Origin: Marsupella aquatica
Lineage: Eukaryota; Plantae; Marchantiophyta
Direction: 5' to 3'
Assembly: GCA_973895155.1 (NCBI GenBank)
Contig: OZ316896.1
Location: forward strand, 9,197,539-9,261,538
Length of the DNA stretch: 64,000 nucleotides
Shown here: piece after piece, positions 1-11,500 of the stretch
Numbering within the stretch: position 1 is the first letter of the stretch
Layout: each line of letters starts with the position of its first letter
Position numbers and translations under genes: made by a program
Notes under the pieces: generated by a model
Databases searched by the model: none
Told to the model about the DNA's origin: nothing
What the model saw: the letters and a program-made list of their open reading frames with translations, nothing else

Positions 1-755
1 TCCATCATTCAAAGTCAAGGCAAAGTCATGTTGAAGGACTCTCAACAGGGAAGGTTTTATTGCTTTCCACCTGGCGGCATTGTCCAGGCCTTCCAGACAA
101 TCAGATACATATATAGCCAGATCTCTCTTAACTCCGAGTGACTCTGATATATCGAGTCCACTCTAAAAACCGCGGTTTATCAGATTAATCTAGCTAGATG
201 CTCTAGACTGTTTGACAGATCGAAAAAAGGCAGCACAAGTAAATCCAAAACATGCCGGCGGAGGATGAGGCCAGGCTCCCAGGCTGATCGACTGCAGGCC
301 CTGAGTTGTGTTGTATTCAGCAGCAAGTTCTTTGAGTCGTAAGTTCAAGGAGCTCGATGCATTGGCCTCAAGTATTATTTGCCGGCATTTATTGAACACT
401 ATTTACAATTGGACTATTGAGGCTGGTTCCGGAGCCGAATTTCCTTCGAAGAAAGGTTTAAGAAACTTTGAAATGACTACCGCGCGCTGCTCTATTCACC
501 ATTTGAGGGATCGATCGGTCGACTGGTCGATGTGATTTACCATTCCTTCGATTCTCAATAGTGAGCAGGACTGTCTTTATTATTGGCCATATGCTTATTC
601 GTCAACTTGATGGATGATGTCGCTCCATCAATCCCTGCATTCAACCACCTGCATATATAGAACATGTCCGCATTGAATCAGATTTTAGGAAAGGGTCTGC
701 TACTACACACTACAAGCATTTCACAGAACGAAGTGTCCACGTCTTCTTATGATCT

Positions 756-1013
756 CTAGAGAACTTCTTGATCAGAATCAGAGATTGAACTGTAGGGCTA
801 TTCAACTCCCTCGATCATTAATCCTTTTCATTCTTTGATACTGAGATCATGAAAGGAATTACCACGTCGACTTAATATATATAGAGATCTTCATGATCAG
901 AATCAGAGATAGAACTCTAGAGATGTTTCACTCCCCATTGATCCTTTTCATTCTCTGGTTCTGAAGATTCGTTGATTCAGAGTCAGAGAATGAAAAAGGA
1001 TCGATGAGGGAGT
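756..1013. repeat. Degenerate ~90-bp direct repeat plus an inverted copy forming a long hairpin (930-1013)
   Basis: 756-845 resembles 882-965 (tagaga..ttc.tgatcagaatcagagat.gaact...atccttttcattct). 975-1013 is the reverse complement of 930-965 with a few G-U pairs and bulges. Confidence 0.8.
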
Positions 1014-1274
1014 TCAACGTAATTTGAGGGACATCAAATAAATAAGTCAAGTTCAGATTTGAACTAGCTACAGGTGTAGCCACAATGAGACTTGAGAGTA
1101 ACGATTGTTACAGGAATGGAAAACGAGAGGATTTCACTCAGAAAGTTTTTACAGCCGATCGGCGTCGACAATCTCAGGTCAATTGATCGAAAGCTCGTGA
1201 CAATAACTATTCATAATGCGATTATGGAAATTGAGAAGGCACCGGACTTGGATTTGACCTGACCTGAGTGGCAA

Positions 1275-3415
1275 TTAGTTGAAGGGCAACATAGTCGAGC
1301 ACTCGAGGCGTGATCCAGCGTTGACGTTAAAGAGCTTGGTAATATGGAGGTAGCTCGAAGTACGCGAAGCGGCCGCTTGCGATTCCTTGCCGCACTCCGT
1401 GTGGCCCTCGAGAACGTCAATGCTAGCTCCAAATCCTGGGAAGCGATTCGCAGCGACGTCGGCAGCGGAGGGAGACCACGTCCCGGTCATCACATCGTGG
1501 CCCGACGGCATCTCGTTGGACTCGGGAGTCATCCAAACCCAGAGCGCGGACTTGAAGGAAAGAGTTGCGTCTTTCGTTAGCAGCTCGGGCTCTGCGAGAA
1601 TGTCAGCTCCAATTGCTTTGCTTGCGCTTCCGTAGTTGTAGTTCCTACAGGTATCATGGATAGCACTTCAATTCTCAGCAACGTATGCACAGTAAATGTT
1701 TCCTCGCTCAACTCAAGCTTTCTGAGAAACCAGAGACGACAAATTGTGTATAGCCGCTATCGGACTATGACCACCATGAAGGCAGAGTAATTTGTAAACT
1801 CTCGATTTTAACAAGTACGTGAGTATATGACGTAAAGATGATCTCAGTCTAAGTGGGAGAAAAAATGTTTAGTGACGGTCTATTCGGTCGATTCATCATC
1901 ATATTCCTGAGCTACTCCTCAGATTCTTAATGGACAAATGAAAGTAGGACAGGATCTACGAGCTTACAGCCCCTTCATGTTAATTCCTGTGTGAGCACGT
2001 TAGTGTGAAACTCGAGAGAACTGCCACAGATACGACGATCTACTCGTTTCACGTTCGCTAGGTCGATCGAGATCAGCTGTCTGGAGAGAGAGAGAGAGAG
2101 GGAGAAGAGAGGGAGAGATCGGTCGGTGTGGTTGTAAAGTAGCATTTTAGTGCAAGCTTCATTACCAGGTCAGCTTGAGAGGTCCACGGGCGAAATATTT
2201 CTTGCCAGGAGCACAAGAGAAGAGCTTCGAGGATGGGTTCAGCGCATGGCAAGAACCCATGCAGCAGAAGTCAACGGAATCATGGGCGCCGCTTGCTGAT
2301 CCTTGTGGCATTTTTGTCAAACCTGCACGCAGAAATATTTGTATAATTCGTCAGATTCGAGTGTACCCATGATATTAGCTTGCTGGTGTTGGTGTCTGGA
2401 CCATCTCGGACGTAAGCTCGGGACCCAACAATAATTATACTCAAACGATCGGTCTTACATTCTAAGTATACTCAAACGGATATTGACCATTCTAAGTATA
2501 CTCAACGATCGGTCTTACATTCTAAGTATACTCAAACGGATATTGACCTGGATCGATCGGTCTTACATTCTAAGTAAATCTAGGGGACTCAGATGACGAT
2601 GAATGAGCTGAAATACCATATCTCTCTAGAACTATGAAATCACGTTAGACTAGAGGCATGTTACTCGAAGCACAGTCTAGCTACCTTGCTTCATCCCGCA
2701 AAGCCGATCTCGTTAGCCATCCGAGTTCAATCAGCTCGAGCATGATGGAATAAATCGACAGTCAAAGCATTCTTCAATCTCCTCCTCTCAGATGAGAATT
2801 ACCTTCCCAAATGATAGAAGCCGCAAATTTTGTTTTGATAAACGAATATATGAGATCGATGGAAGGAATATATTTAATTAACGTACCTGCGGTCTCATGA
2901 TGAATATGAGCAAAGAAGGCAGCGACATCCTTCTTCTGAGCTTCTGCCGTGCCTGTCGTGCCGAACTCGGGGAATACCTTGGAGGCGGCCACGAAGGCCT
3001 CGAAAGAGTAGAACCCGTCACGATGTGGAAACACTGCGTCGAATATTTCCGCTGTCACGAAATTAGCTGCACTACCAGTCTTGTCTGTCGTGTCCAAATT
3101 GTCGTTGGAGTTGGACATTTTCGTATCTTTGCTTCCCGTGGAGAAGTCGGGGAAGCCGAAATCGTCCATCTTGTGCTTTGCTCCTGAGCAAGGTCCGCTA
3201 ATGCAGCCTGGGCCGCAGTCGCTTTCCGACACGCCGCACGTGTTCTTCGCGCTGCAGCACTCCCCGTTGGGACACGGGTATCCTGTCATGCACTGCGGCG
3301 TTCCGCGGGCGGCAATCAGGTGCATATGAAGCAGCACAGTTAAACCTGCGATCAACAGTGCTGTTAGCTTCATCGCCTGTGTCTTTGCAGCCGTCGCTGC
3401 TTTCTCCGACGCCAT
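1275..3415 (-). CDS. Secreted class I/IV-like GH19 chitinase-like protein with N-terminal hevein (CBM18) domain, 3 exons, 351 aa
   Basis: Exons 3415-2887, 2322-2166 and 1644-1275, all GT-AG, total 1056 nt in frame. Signal peptide MKLTALLIAGLTVLLH (alternative ATG at 3373). Hevein Cys pattern CPNGECCSAKNTCG..CGPGCISGPC. GH19 motifs [78 protein letters not shown], ECG. Confidence 0.93.
2083..2118. repeat. (GA)n microsatellite in chitinase intron 2
   Basis: ggagagagagagagagaggggagaagagagggagaga. Confidence 0.9.
2436..2576. repeat. Intronic compound tandem repeat (~30-bp units)
   Basis: Core cattctaagtatactcaa recurs with two alternating linkers (acgatcggtctta and acggatattgac), inside chitinase intron 1. 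Confidence 0.9.
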
Positions 3416-3554
3416 CGTTCTGATCCTGTAGTATCCGGTACCGAGAGCTAGAGAAATCGTTAATTCTCCGAGCTCAGAGACAGTGAGAGATAGAGCTGGA
3501 GATTGAACGGGATTGAGAGCTGTGTTTGGATGAGCCATACATGCAGCGAGCCAC

Positions 3555-3561
3555 ATTTATA
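3555..3561 (-). promoter_or_regulatory. Probable TATA box of the chitinase-like gene
   Basis: TATAAAT on the minus strand ~140 bp upstream of the ATG at 3415, followed by a CT-rich leader-like sequence. Confidence 0.55.
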
Positions 3562-3580
3562 CTAGCGAGCGTCGGTTAGA

Positions 3581-3835
3581 TCGAATCATGAAAACCATAG
3601 CTCGATCGATCCAAGAAGGCTTCTAGTCCTCGATAACTTGGAAATTTTGAGACGACTCCATGTACCAATTTTTTAGAGAAGTTCATGTACTGTAGTTAAT
3701 CAAGCAGTTAGGTCGAATCATGAAAGCCATAGCTCGAGCCAATCTAAAGGCTTCCAGTCCTCCATCACTTGGAATTTTTGAGAGAACCCCATGTACCAAT
3801 TTTTTTAGAGAACTCCATGTACTTTCATTAATCAA
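3581..3835. repeat. Tandem ~130-bp duplication in the chitinase promoter
   Basis: tcgaatcatgaaa.ccatagctcga...aaggcttc.agtcct...ccatgtaccaattttttagagaa...catgtact...ttaatcaa occurs at ~3581 and again at ~3713. Confidence 0.85.
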
Positions 3836-6035
3836 ATGATTACTACTCCTCGTTCCTAGTATTCCGGCGGCATCGGCTGCTGGTGGCGACCGTTTTATGA
3901 ATTATGATTTACGACCATCCATCTTAATCATTGTTTTCTAGATCGTATGCTATGATCGATAGAGCATGGACAGTTTCAAACGACTGCATCGAAGTCTGTC
4001 AACTGGTCTATCTGCACGAAAATCTAAGTCGCTGTAATCAAAACTGCATAGAGAGTGAGAATTTTGCTTTACCCAGAATGTGTAGTACGTATGCCCAGGC
4101 TTCATAAATTGCTCATAGACAAAGTATCTCATATGGCGAACAGGGCAAGCTATATTTGGTCCTACGCGGATAAGCACTTCAAGTTTAATATATGTATGAG
4201 GCAGTTTCTCAACGCAATTCAATTGTTCACATAGTCACGAGGGTTCCTCGAGGAATTCCTCGAAGGCAATGCCTAATTAATTGAAACGATGCCTGCTGAA
4301 CAACAAAGATTTCGAAACAAGTCCTACCCCCCGTGAGTGTTGAGCAGATCGATCTGGTAAATGAGCAGCTAGCTAACATTAATCTTACACGCCGAACACA
4401 AGTACCACAAAATTAAATCAGACTGATGAGTCCACGCTCCAATTCCATTTTCCCGGTAATTGATACTTCGAAATACTGAGGTATATCTAATCAACCATTT
4501 TATGGCGTGATATATATATGGCTTGATATTTAATCAAAATTGCAGTGCCAAAAAATGGTTAGTCTATAAAGAGAAATTATAAAAGTGAATTAAATTTTGT
4601 CGTGTAACAACAAGAAATTTAACCGTGTACCAAAACGAAGGGAAAGTTTTCCATAAAAAAATAATGTTGTTGCATGCATCTGGATCATGGAGTACCCTGC
4701 TTGCGATACTTACCTATTGCACGGGTAACGACGAGAATAACTTACTTACTGACTGCAAGTGTAATGATGAGAATAATTTGATTGATAAAATCAAGTACCA
4801 TCACTTAGATGGTATAAGGAGGGGAAAAGTTTAATTAATAAAAGTATTTTATCTTGATTATGTGTGATTGATTTAGTCACCAGCTGAATGGTTGACCTCC
4901 ACCACATTTTAAGTGAATGGTGTGCCAAAAAATTAGTGGAAATTACAATCAGACCGCTTTCTCATTTCACGAGAAAAATAACTTACATAAGCAAATTTTA
5001 GTTTATATTTCAAAGTTTTGGGAGAATACTGTAAGCTAAAAATTATAGAATCAATATTGCAGAAATAAAACTATCAATGTTATCCATCTCTATGAACACT
5101 ATGAGTCTGTAACAGTGACGGGAAGCAACAGTGATGTAATAAGACTGATACATAGAAATGAACCATTTTTCAGCAAAAAAACTATGAACAGCTGCCATAT
5201 CCAAAAACTGAACAGTTCACAACGTGGGTACATTGTCCATTTGTTACCACAATCTTGCAAAATTGCTTTCACAAAATAAATGCCCCCACAAACACGAAAT
5301 TTAGTTATAGAGACTTGGATGGATAGTGTCGATGCTGTTGAAAGTTATTTTGTGGCCTTAGCTTGGACAAGTCCTAAGACTGTCTAAAACTCCTTTTACA
5401 AATTTGTTTTTACTAATAAAAAATGTGTACAAGGTTAACGAAGTGTCGAACTGCATATGCTGAGTTATTTGTATTCGTGCAATTTCACTGCCTTTGCCTG
5501 GGATTTCACATTCATCGTCCTCATATATATACTTGGGGTCACAGTACGACTTCAACAAAGAAAACATTCATGATTGTTCAAAGAAACATCAGGCAAGAAA
5601 GCTTTTATGGCGGACTTGTGCCTACCAATAAACGAGAGTACAGATCGGACAGATTCGATCTTTGATCGACGGGAAACAGAACTCTTCTAGCTGGTTTCAT
5701 TGCGAACGAGCAACGGCATTTCGTGCGATGCTTCCATTGAGAACATTAGACCTGATCAATTCTGAAGGGGAAAAACGTAACCCGCAACGTACATTCGGTA
5801 TCAACCATATTCCCGTATTCTTAGAGACGGGGACGAACATAAGAAATCACATTCATGGAAAGTCAGGTTACTGATCAACACAGCTCTCAGGTCCAAATCG
5901 TAATACCGATAAACATAGCTTAAAACTTCCAGCTCCTCTTATTAATTTCCCAAGTGAAAATCCAGAACAACAGGTAGCAGCGCATTTTATTCCTATGCTA
6001 GCGAGTTCAGTAGGAGCTCCTTTAACTCCCAGTCT

Positions 6036-6103
6036 TGGTACATTCCAGCTTTAGTACCGGAGCCAGACGTGGTACATTCCAGCTTTAGTACCGGAGCCAG
6101 ACG
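6036..6103. repeat. Perfect 34-bp tandem duplication
   Basis: tggtacattccagctttagtaccggagccagacg x2. Confidence 0.95.
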
Positions 6104-6518
6104 TATTATTTGAACTTCTCCTGGTAAGACCTGATTCCTAGCCATAAAACGACCATCTGGAGCGTTCATGAGAACTTCTCTGGTAGATGTACAGTTCTAG
6201 CAGTCTGTACCAAAAAATTGAAATATGGAGAAAGAAAAGCAAAATGACAACAACGAATTCAGGCTTAAAATTTGAAGCCAATCGCGGTCCCCGTCAGCAA
6301 TCGTAGCGACCGATCTGCTACTCTCCAGCTTGGCAATTTAATGGGCGACGGTCACCCTTGTTGTTGTGGCACAATGTGTCCCGTCCATAACTCTCGTGGC
6401 TACCTCGATCCAGCGACACCAAAAACGCGGCCTGACTTGGAGCATATATGTTCGGCCGATCGATCAAGCCGAGAGCAAGAGCTCCATCCATGCTCAAGGC
6501 GCGAATCCAGCGTGACGC

Positions 6519-7163
6519 TTAGTTGGATGGTAGAGGAGGCAAAGAAATAGTGGGCAGTGGAGGGAGAGTAAAACCGTTGAGCGAAGCGTGCTGAGGCAGT
6601 GGAGGTAAAGAAAAACTGGGCAGTGGAGGGAGAGTAAAACCCTCGAGCGAAGCGTGCTGAGGCTCGATCGAAACGTGCTGAGGCAGTGGAGGTAAAGTAA
6701 AAGTGGGCAGTGGAGGGAGAGTAAAACCCTCGAGCGAAGCGTGCTGAGGCAGTGGAGGGAGAGTAAGACCCTCAAGAGAAGGAATCTTAGGCAGATGGAA
6801 GCTGGGCAGAGAGGGCTCTGGGAAAGGGGGGAGGGAGGGGAGGGTGGGGAGCTTGATGGAGGGGACCGGGGGGAGGGTGGGGAGCTTGATGGAAGGAACC
6901 GGGGGGAGGGTGGGGAGGGTGGGCTTAGAAAAACTCGGAAAGTGCGGCAAACTTGGAAATGAAAATTTGGGGAACGAGAAACTAGGCAAAGAAAAGAAGG
7001 GCTTAGACGGGGGAGGAGAATGGTCAGGAACAGCAGCGAGCTGTGAATAATAAAAGGGCCGCCGAGCAGTGTCTGCCGCTTCCGTCGACATTGCCAACGA
7101 GAGGACCACAAGCAGGGCCCCGGCATAAACGAGGTTGCTCCTCGTCAAACGCATCCCGGCCAT
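6519..7163 (-). CDS. Secreted proline/leucine-rich repetitive protein (PELPK-like or proline-rich cell-wall protein), single exon, 214 aa
   Basis: ATG at 7163 (the ORF track starts at an upstream TTG). Hydrophobic signal peptide (LVYAGALLVVLSLAMSTEA). Repeats LPTLPPVPSIK x2, TLPPLP and PQHASLEGF. Confidence 0.85.
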   Translation of the reverse strand: MAGMRLTRSNLVYAGALLVVLSLAMSTEAADTARRPFYYSQLAAVPDHSPPPSKPFFSLPSFSFPKFSFPSLPHFPSFSKPTLPTLPPVPSIKLPTLPPVPSIKLPTLPSLPPFPEPSLPSFHLPKIPSLEGLTLPPLPQHASLEGFTLPPLPTFTLPPLPQHVSIEPQHASLEGFTLPPLPSFSLPPLPQHASLNGFTLPPLPTISLPPLPSN

Positions 7164-8167
7164 GTTCAATCGATCGATATATCCACAAGTTCACCTCCAA
7201 TACTGGAACGGGCTCAGATCTCGCTCGGTTCGAAGCCTGATTTCAGATAATTTCCCACTCAAAGAAAACACTTGGGCTCAGATCGAGCTCGATTCAAAGC
7301 TCGCTTCGAACAAATTCTTCCCACTTCAAACAAATTCTCCCTTAAATGCAAACTCTCAAATTGGCGTACAGGGCAGGAAATCACCGAGCTCCGAAGGATA
7401 GCTAGACAAACCAGACTGAGATGTTACACAACTCAATCCAGTTGCAATGCTTGTGTCTCTCACTCTAGTGAGCAGCGTATTTATTCGACCTCGGATTAAA
7501 GCTTCGCTGCTCATCGCCAATTTCATCCAATCGCTCGACCAAATTCTGATCGAGTGTCGTGTATTATTGGTTCCGACGAGCTAACCGAACCACGTGAACG
7601 CGACTCCTTGCCTTTGACTGCCATCGCTACTCCTCTGCGTAATCATTGGTCCTCCTTCCTCAAACATTTGATCGATTCTGCTTTCATTGTCAGTGGATCT
7701 TAAACCAGACCACTGAATTGCGTCTGCATGCTCCAATAAGATCACCGAACTGATATGTGTCCTTCGAATCGCAGTTGTACTTCCAAAATTTCCACTCTCT
7801 CAACAAGAATTACCTAACGATCCATCGATCCCATGGCCTGAACGCTCATTATTGTGGCACCGTTGATGTTAGGAGAACTTCTTCCTACCAAGGCTCATTA
7901 TCATTTGAGAAGTATATTATAATCTTGCCACACGGACAGAACTACCACATCAAATCAAACATCAATTATAGTCTGGTAATATAATACTTTATTCAATATC
8001 GAATCAATTATAGTGTGTTAATACTTTATTCTCTAGAGAGGTATACTTGATGGACCCGTAAATTGTAATGTCTTGAACCATTGTAATGTCTTGAACCATG
8101 AACTTTTGGGTACAAAATTGAGATCTATCAAGGGTCTCAAGAAACACTTTGCATTTTGGGGGCCTAG

Positions 8168-8345
8168 ACTTCAACTCTAGTTTTGCTTGGCGCTTTTTAT
8201 ATAAGATTTTGACCTAAACTCTAGCTTCACTTGGCGCTTTTTATATAGTAGTTTTGACCTCAACTCTAGCTTCACTTCGCGCTTTTTATATAGTAGTTTG
8301 ACCTCAACTCTAGCTTCACTTCGGGCTTTATATTTAAGATTTTGA
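8168..8345. repeat. Minisatellite, 4 x ~44-45 bp
   Basis: aactctag starts at 8173, 8217, 8262 and 8306. Unit is approximately aactctagcttcacttggcgctttttatatagtagttttgacctc. Confidence 0.92.
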
Positions 8346-8510
8346 TTACGGACCCCACTAGAGGTCCCTTCCAAAATTCCTGGCTCCACAGCGCGCCACG
8401 TCATCATGACGTGCTGCAAACAGGTATGAATTGGTTTACAAAATAAAATGACTTTAACATTCGTGTTTGCGGCAGGATTTTGGTAAAATTGGTGACGCCA
8501 TGCCGTAAAT
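8346..8510 (-). mobile_element. Partial copy of the non-autonomous element at ~26.5 kb
   Basis: Reverse complement matches 26494-26660 (ggcgcgctgtggagccaggaattttggaa, gccacaaacacgaatg-like segment, ttacggcatgg). Confidence 0.8.
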
Positions 8511-11500
8511 CTTCATGTACAAAGTAATCAAAATAACTGTTTTATTTACCCTGAGTAGGCCCACAACTCAGTTTTATCTACTGCAAATAACCGATTGCCC
8601 ACCCTTTTTGTGAATTGTGGTTTCAATTCCACAATAAAAAATAAGTAATTATATGAAGCAACACAGCATGGCAGTTAAGAGTCCCACAGGGGCAGAAGGT
8701 AACCTTGTGTTTCCTCATTTCCTCGTGTCGTAATCGAGGATAGAAGAAGTGGCGATGAGGTAATGGAATACTCATCTAACCTTCCGAACAAGTGCAGAGA
8801 GTGCAAAGCAAGATTGACTCTCTCTTTTTCTCTTTCTTTAGCGGAAGGTCAAGTTCATCCGCACACAAGAGGCAGTCAGAAGAGCAATTCTCAGTCATGG
8901 CTAACAAACGATAGTCTCTCTTGAGGAAATCACTTTAGTCCTTAGTGAGAGCTCTGAAATTGCTGCTCGGAATTGAATTTCGGAAATTACTTCAATCTGC
9001 AAATGAATATCGAATCAAAATTTTTTGACAGTAAGGGAATTCAGGAAGACGTCATTGCTCCTCACCTAAGACAGAGGCATTGATTGGACCATGAAGTGGT
9101 TGAGTACTCTTGCTCCACAACGATGAATGAGACGCGAGGCAACTAATGATAGAGAGACGACTTTGGATTGAACGAAAGAGAGGAGGGGAGGGAAACACCA
9201 AAACTAGCCAGGATGTGATTGTGAAGGTGAAAGGATGAGAGCAATTGATCTCCAAGGATTCCAATGGGACTATGTGATCCGCGATTTATACCCGAAATCC
9301 GCAACAGGTGGAAAGAATGATTGAATAAACGGAAGAATTGAATGTGAAGGGGTCCAATGAAGTCATGAGACACCGAAGTCTCGAACAGCAATAATCGATG
9401 AAATGACGAAATGAGTGTCCAAGGAGACCAACAATGTGTTTCAATCTCAAAGTGACAGGACAGACCCAATGGTCACCAAGTTCAAATACTTCAACCACTC
9501 CACTTTCATAGCCGAGTGGGAGAACAGGGAGTGCGCTGAGACTATTAAACGCTCTGGTTAGAATCTTCCTTGCTTCGCCTGCCGCCCCTCGCTCTCTCTC
9601 TCTCATTGCGGACCCGGCTTTATGCTTTGAGTCTCTCCTGGACTTCTGGTAAAGAAACAATTCAAGGGTAACAATTTGCAGCTCGGCTAGAAATTTATTG
9701 ATGATACACTCATGAGTTTTTTGGCAGCGAGCTCTGTTGAGAGATGCAAGAGTATGGCTATCTAAAAAATTAATAAATGGGCATCCTAGTCTTCACCGTG
9801 CCCAAGATCAGACAAGTACAGGAAGGCTCCGAGATGACACAATTTCAATGGCCATGCTGCGATCCTCCCCTTACATAGGCTCCATTCATCCGGAAGTATG
9901 ATCAATCGCACAATCTAGCTACTCAGAAAAGAATTATTCTTGAGGACTTGAAATCCCCTCGGCGCGAAATTAAACGCCTAGACTCAATCAACTCTGCCCA
10001 CCACTGCTTGAAAAAAATTGAATCCTTCTAGGCATACAACAAATGCCCATTCTGTGGTAGCGTCAGTGTCCTGGTGGCAGAGTACCACGGTACAGTTCCC
10101 AGTAGTCAAAGCTGCTGTGACTACTAGAAAGTCTCTGTCGTGAACCTTACGTGACCAAACCTTGACAACTATGCTAAACAATAAAAACTTCCAGTGAACA
10201 AAGTTTTGCAAACTGACCATATGGTTTAAATTGTGATGGCATCGTGGGTTCCACAGTGCCTCATACTAGATGCGTACAAGGTAATTGCAAACCAACTCTG
10301 GCCACCAACGCTACCTACCAGACAGCAATCGCTTGAGACAAGCGAGAATTAATGTAGATGGCCCTAAGCTTGACACATAGGTTTACTCACTCTAAGCAAT
10401 ACCGTGGAGAAGTGTGTTGCATTACTTTCTAAAATCCATTGTTGAAATAACTGGCTTTGGATGAGTCGAAAAACTATTCTGGCAAGGAAATTGTTGAACT
10501 GCAGTTTGTCCGGTCTTTGTTCAAAGGTGTTCTAGATGATCCAAACGAGAGCTATATTTTACGTCCTCGGGTGAGCTCCATTTCCATTCCAACCTGCAAT
10601 TAGATCTTCAACTGTGCTCATGATTCCTAATTGAAATACCTTTGCTGGCTCCAGAGCTGAACTCCCAAGCGATTGGGATTGCCTCAAGCTCAGAGCACCA
10701 CGCTGCAGCTTCAGAACTAGTTGAGGTTTGCTCATATATTCAGCTCGGTCACTATTTTCAGCTGGCCTAGTCTCCAGATTCGATCCACCATGTAGTCTCA
10801 ATAAAGATATGTTCATTGTCACACATTTTATAACACATTTATCTATTTCACATATATTGTCCAACACATACCTCACATACAATCAACAGATAGGGGTCCA
10901 CGAACTGATTACATAGTAGTTCTCTCCAATCACTCAATTGGGGATGATCTCAAGCCTTTTTCCCTATCTTATCCACAAGCTTTCTTGGTAATAAGCCACA
11001 TGCCCGGCCACATGTTGGGTATTAGTTGTGTTGAAATATTAGCTCTCCTCAATCTCTTTCTTTGAATTGGAATTCTCAATCCATGCTATATAATATATAT
11101 ATATTTATTTATTTATATAGGATTTATTTAGTATGACTCAGTTTGCTTGAACATTCTTATGTAATATCATTCCCCTCCTTAGTTTGCTATCGTTGCTAGT
11201 CACTAATTTTCTTTTGCAAACTGAATTATTTTCATCTTTGGCAGCTTCTTGTAAAATGGCTTTTGGGAGGTGGAGCCAGAAGTGGAGCATTTTCAAAATT
11301 GTTGTGTTGTGAAACAACATGTTGTCTTTATTTTTCAAGTCAACATAGTGTACGTTGTTGTCAACCTTGGGGGGTTTCACTTCCACAAAGTAACTGGCAC
11401 GTCATGTGCAACAAAGCATTGTCATTTTATTGGTACTAGGGGAAGATTTAATATTTTAAACAAAATATAATGGTATTTTTCAGTCCAATTTTGAGAGTTA

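Noticed and set aside
2436-2576. CRISPR-like repeat with intervening sequences
   Set aside because: The linkers are short and themselves repeated, the array is inside a spliceosomal intron, and there are no cas genes.
6494-7126. 210-aa alternative-frame ORF and plus-strand Gly/Glu-rich ORFs
   Set aside because: Shadows of the repetitive proline-rich CDS.
8168-8345. CRISPR-like 45-bp periodicity (also 29179-29401 and 35981-36135)
   Set aside because: Head-to-tail tandem units with no unique spacers; ordinary minisatellites.
8700-10900. Possible decayed gene or LINE
   Set aside because: Only short ORFs and no recognisable RT, endonuclease or other motif in the frames I read; left unannotated.
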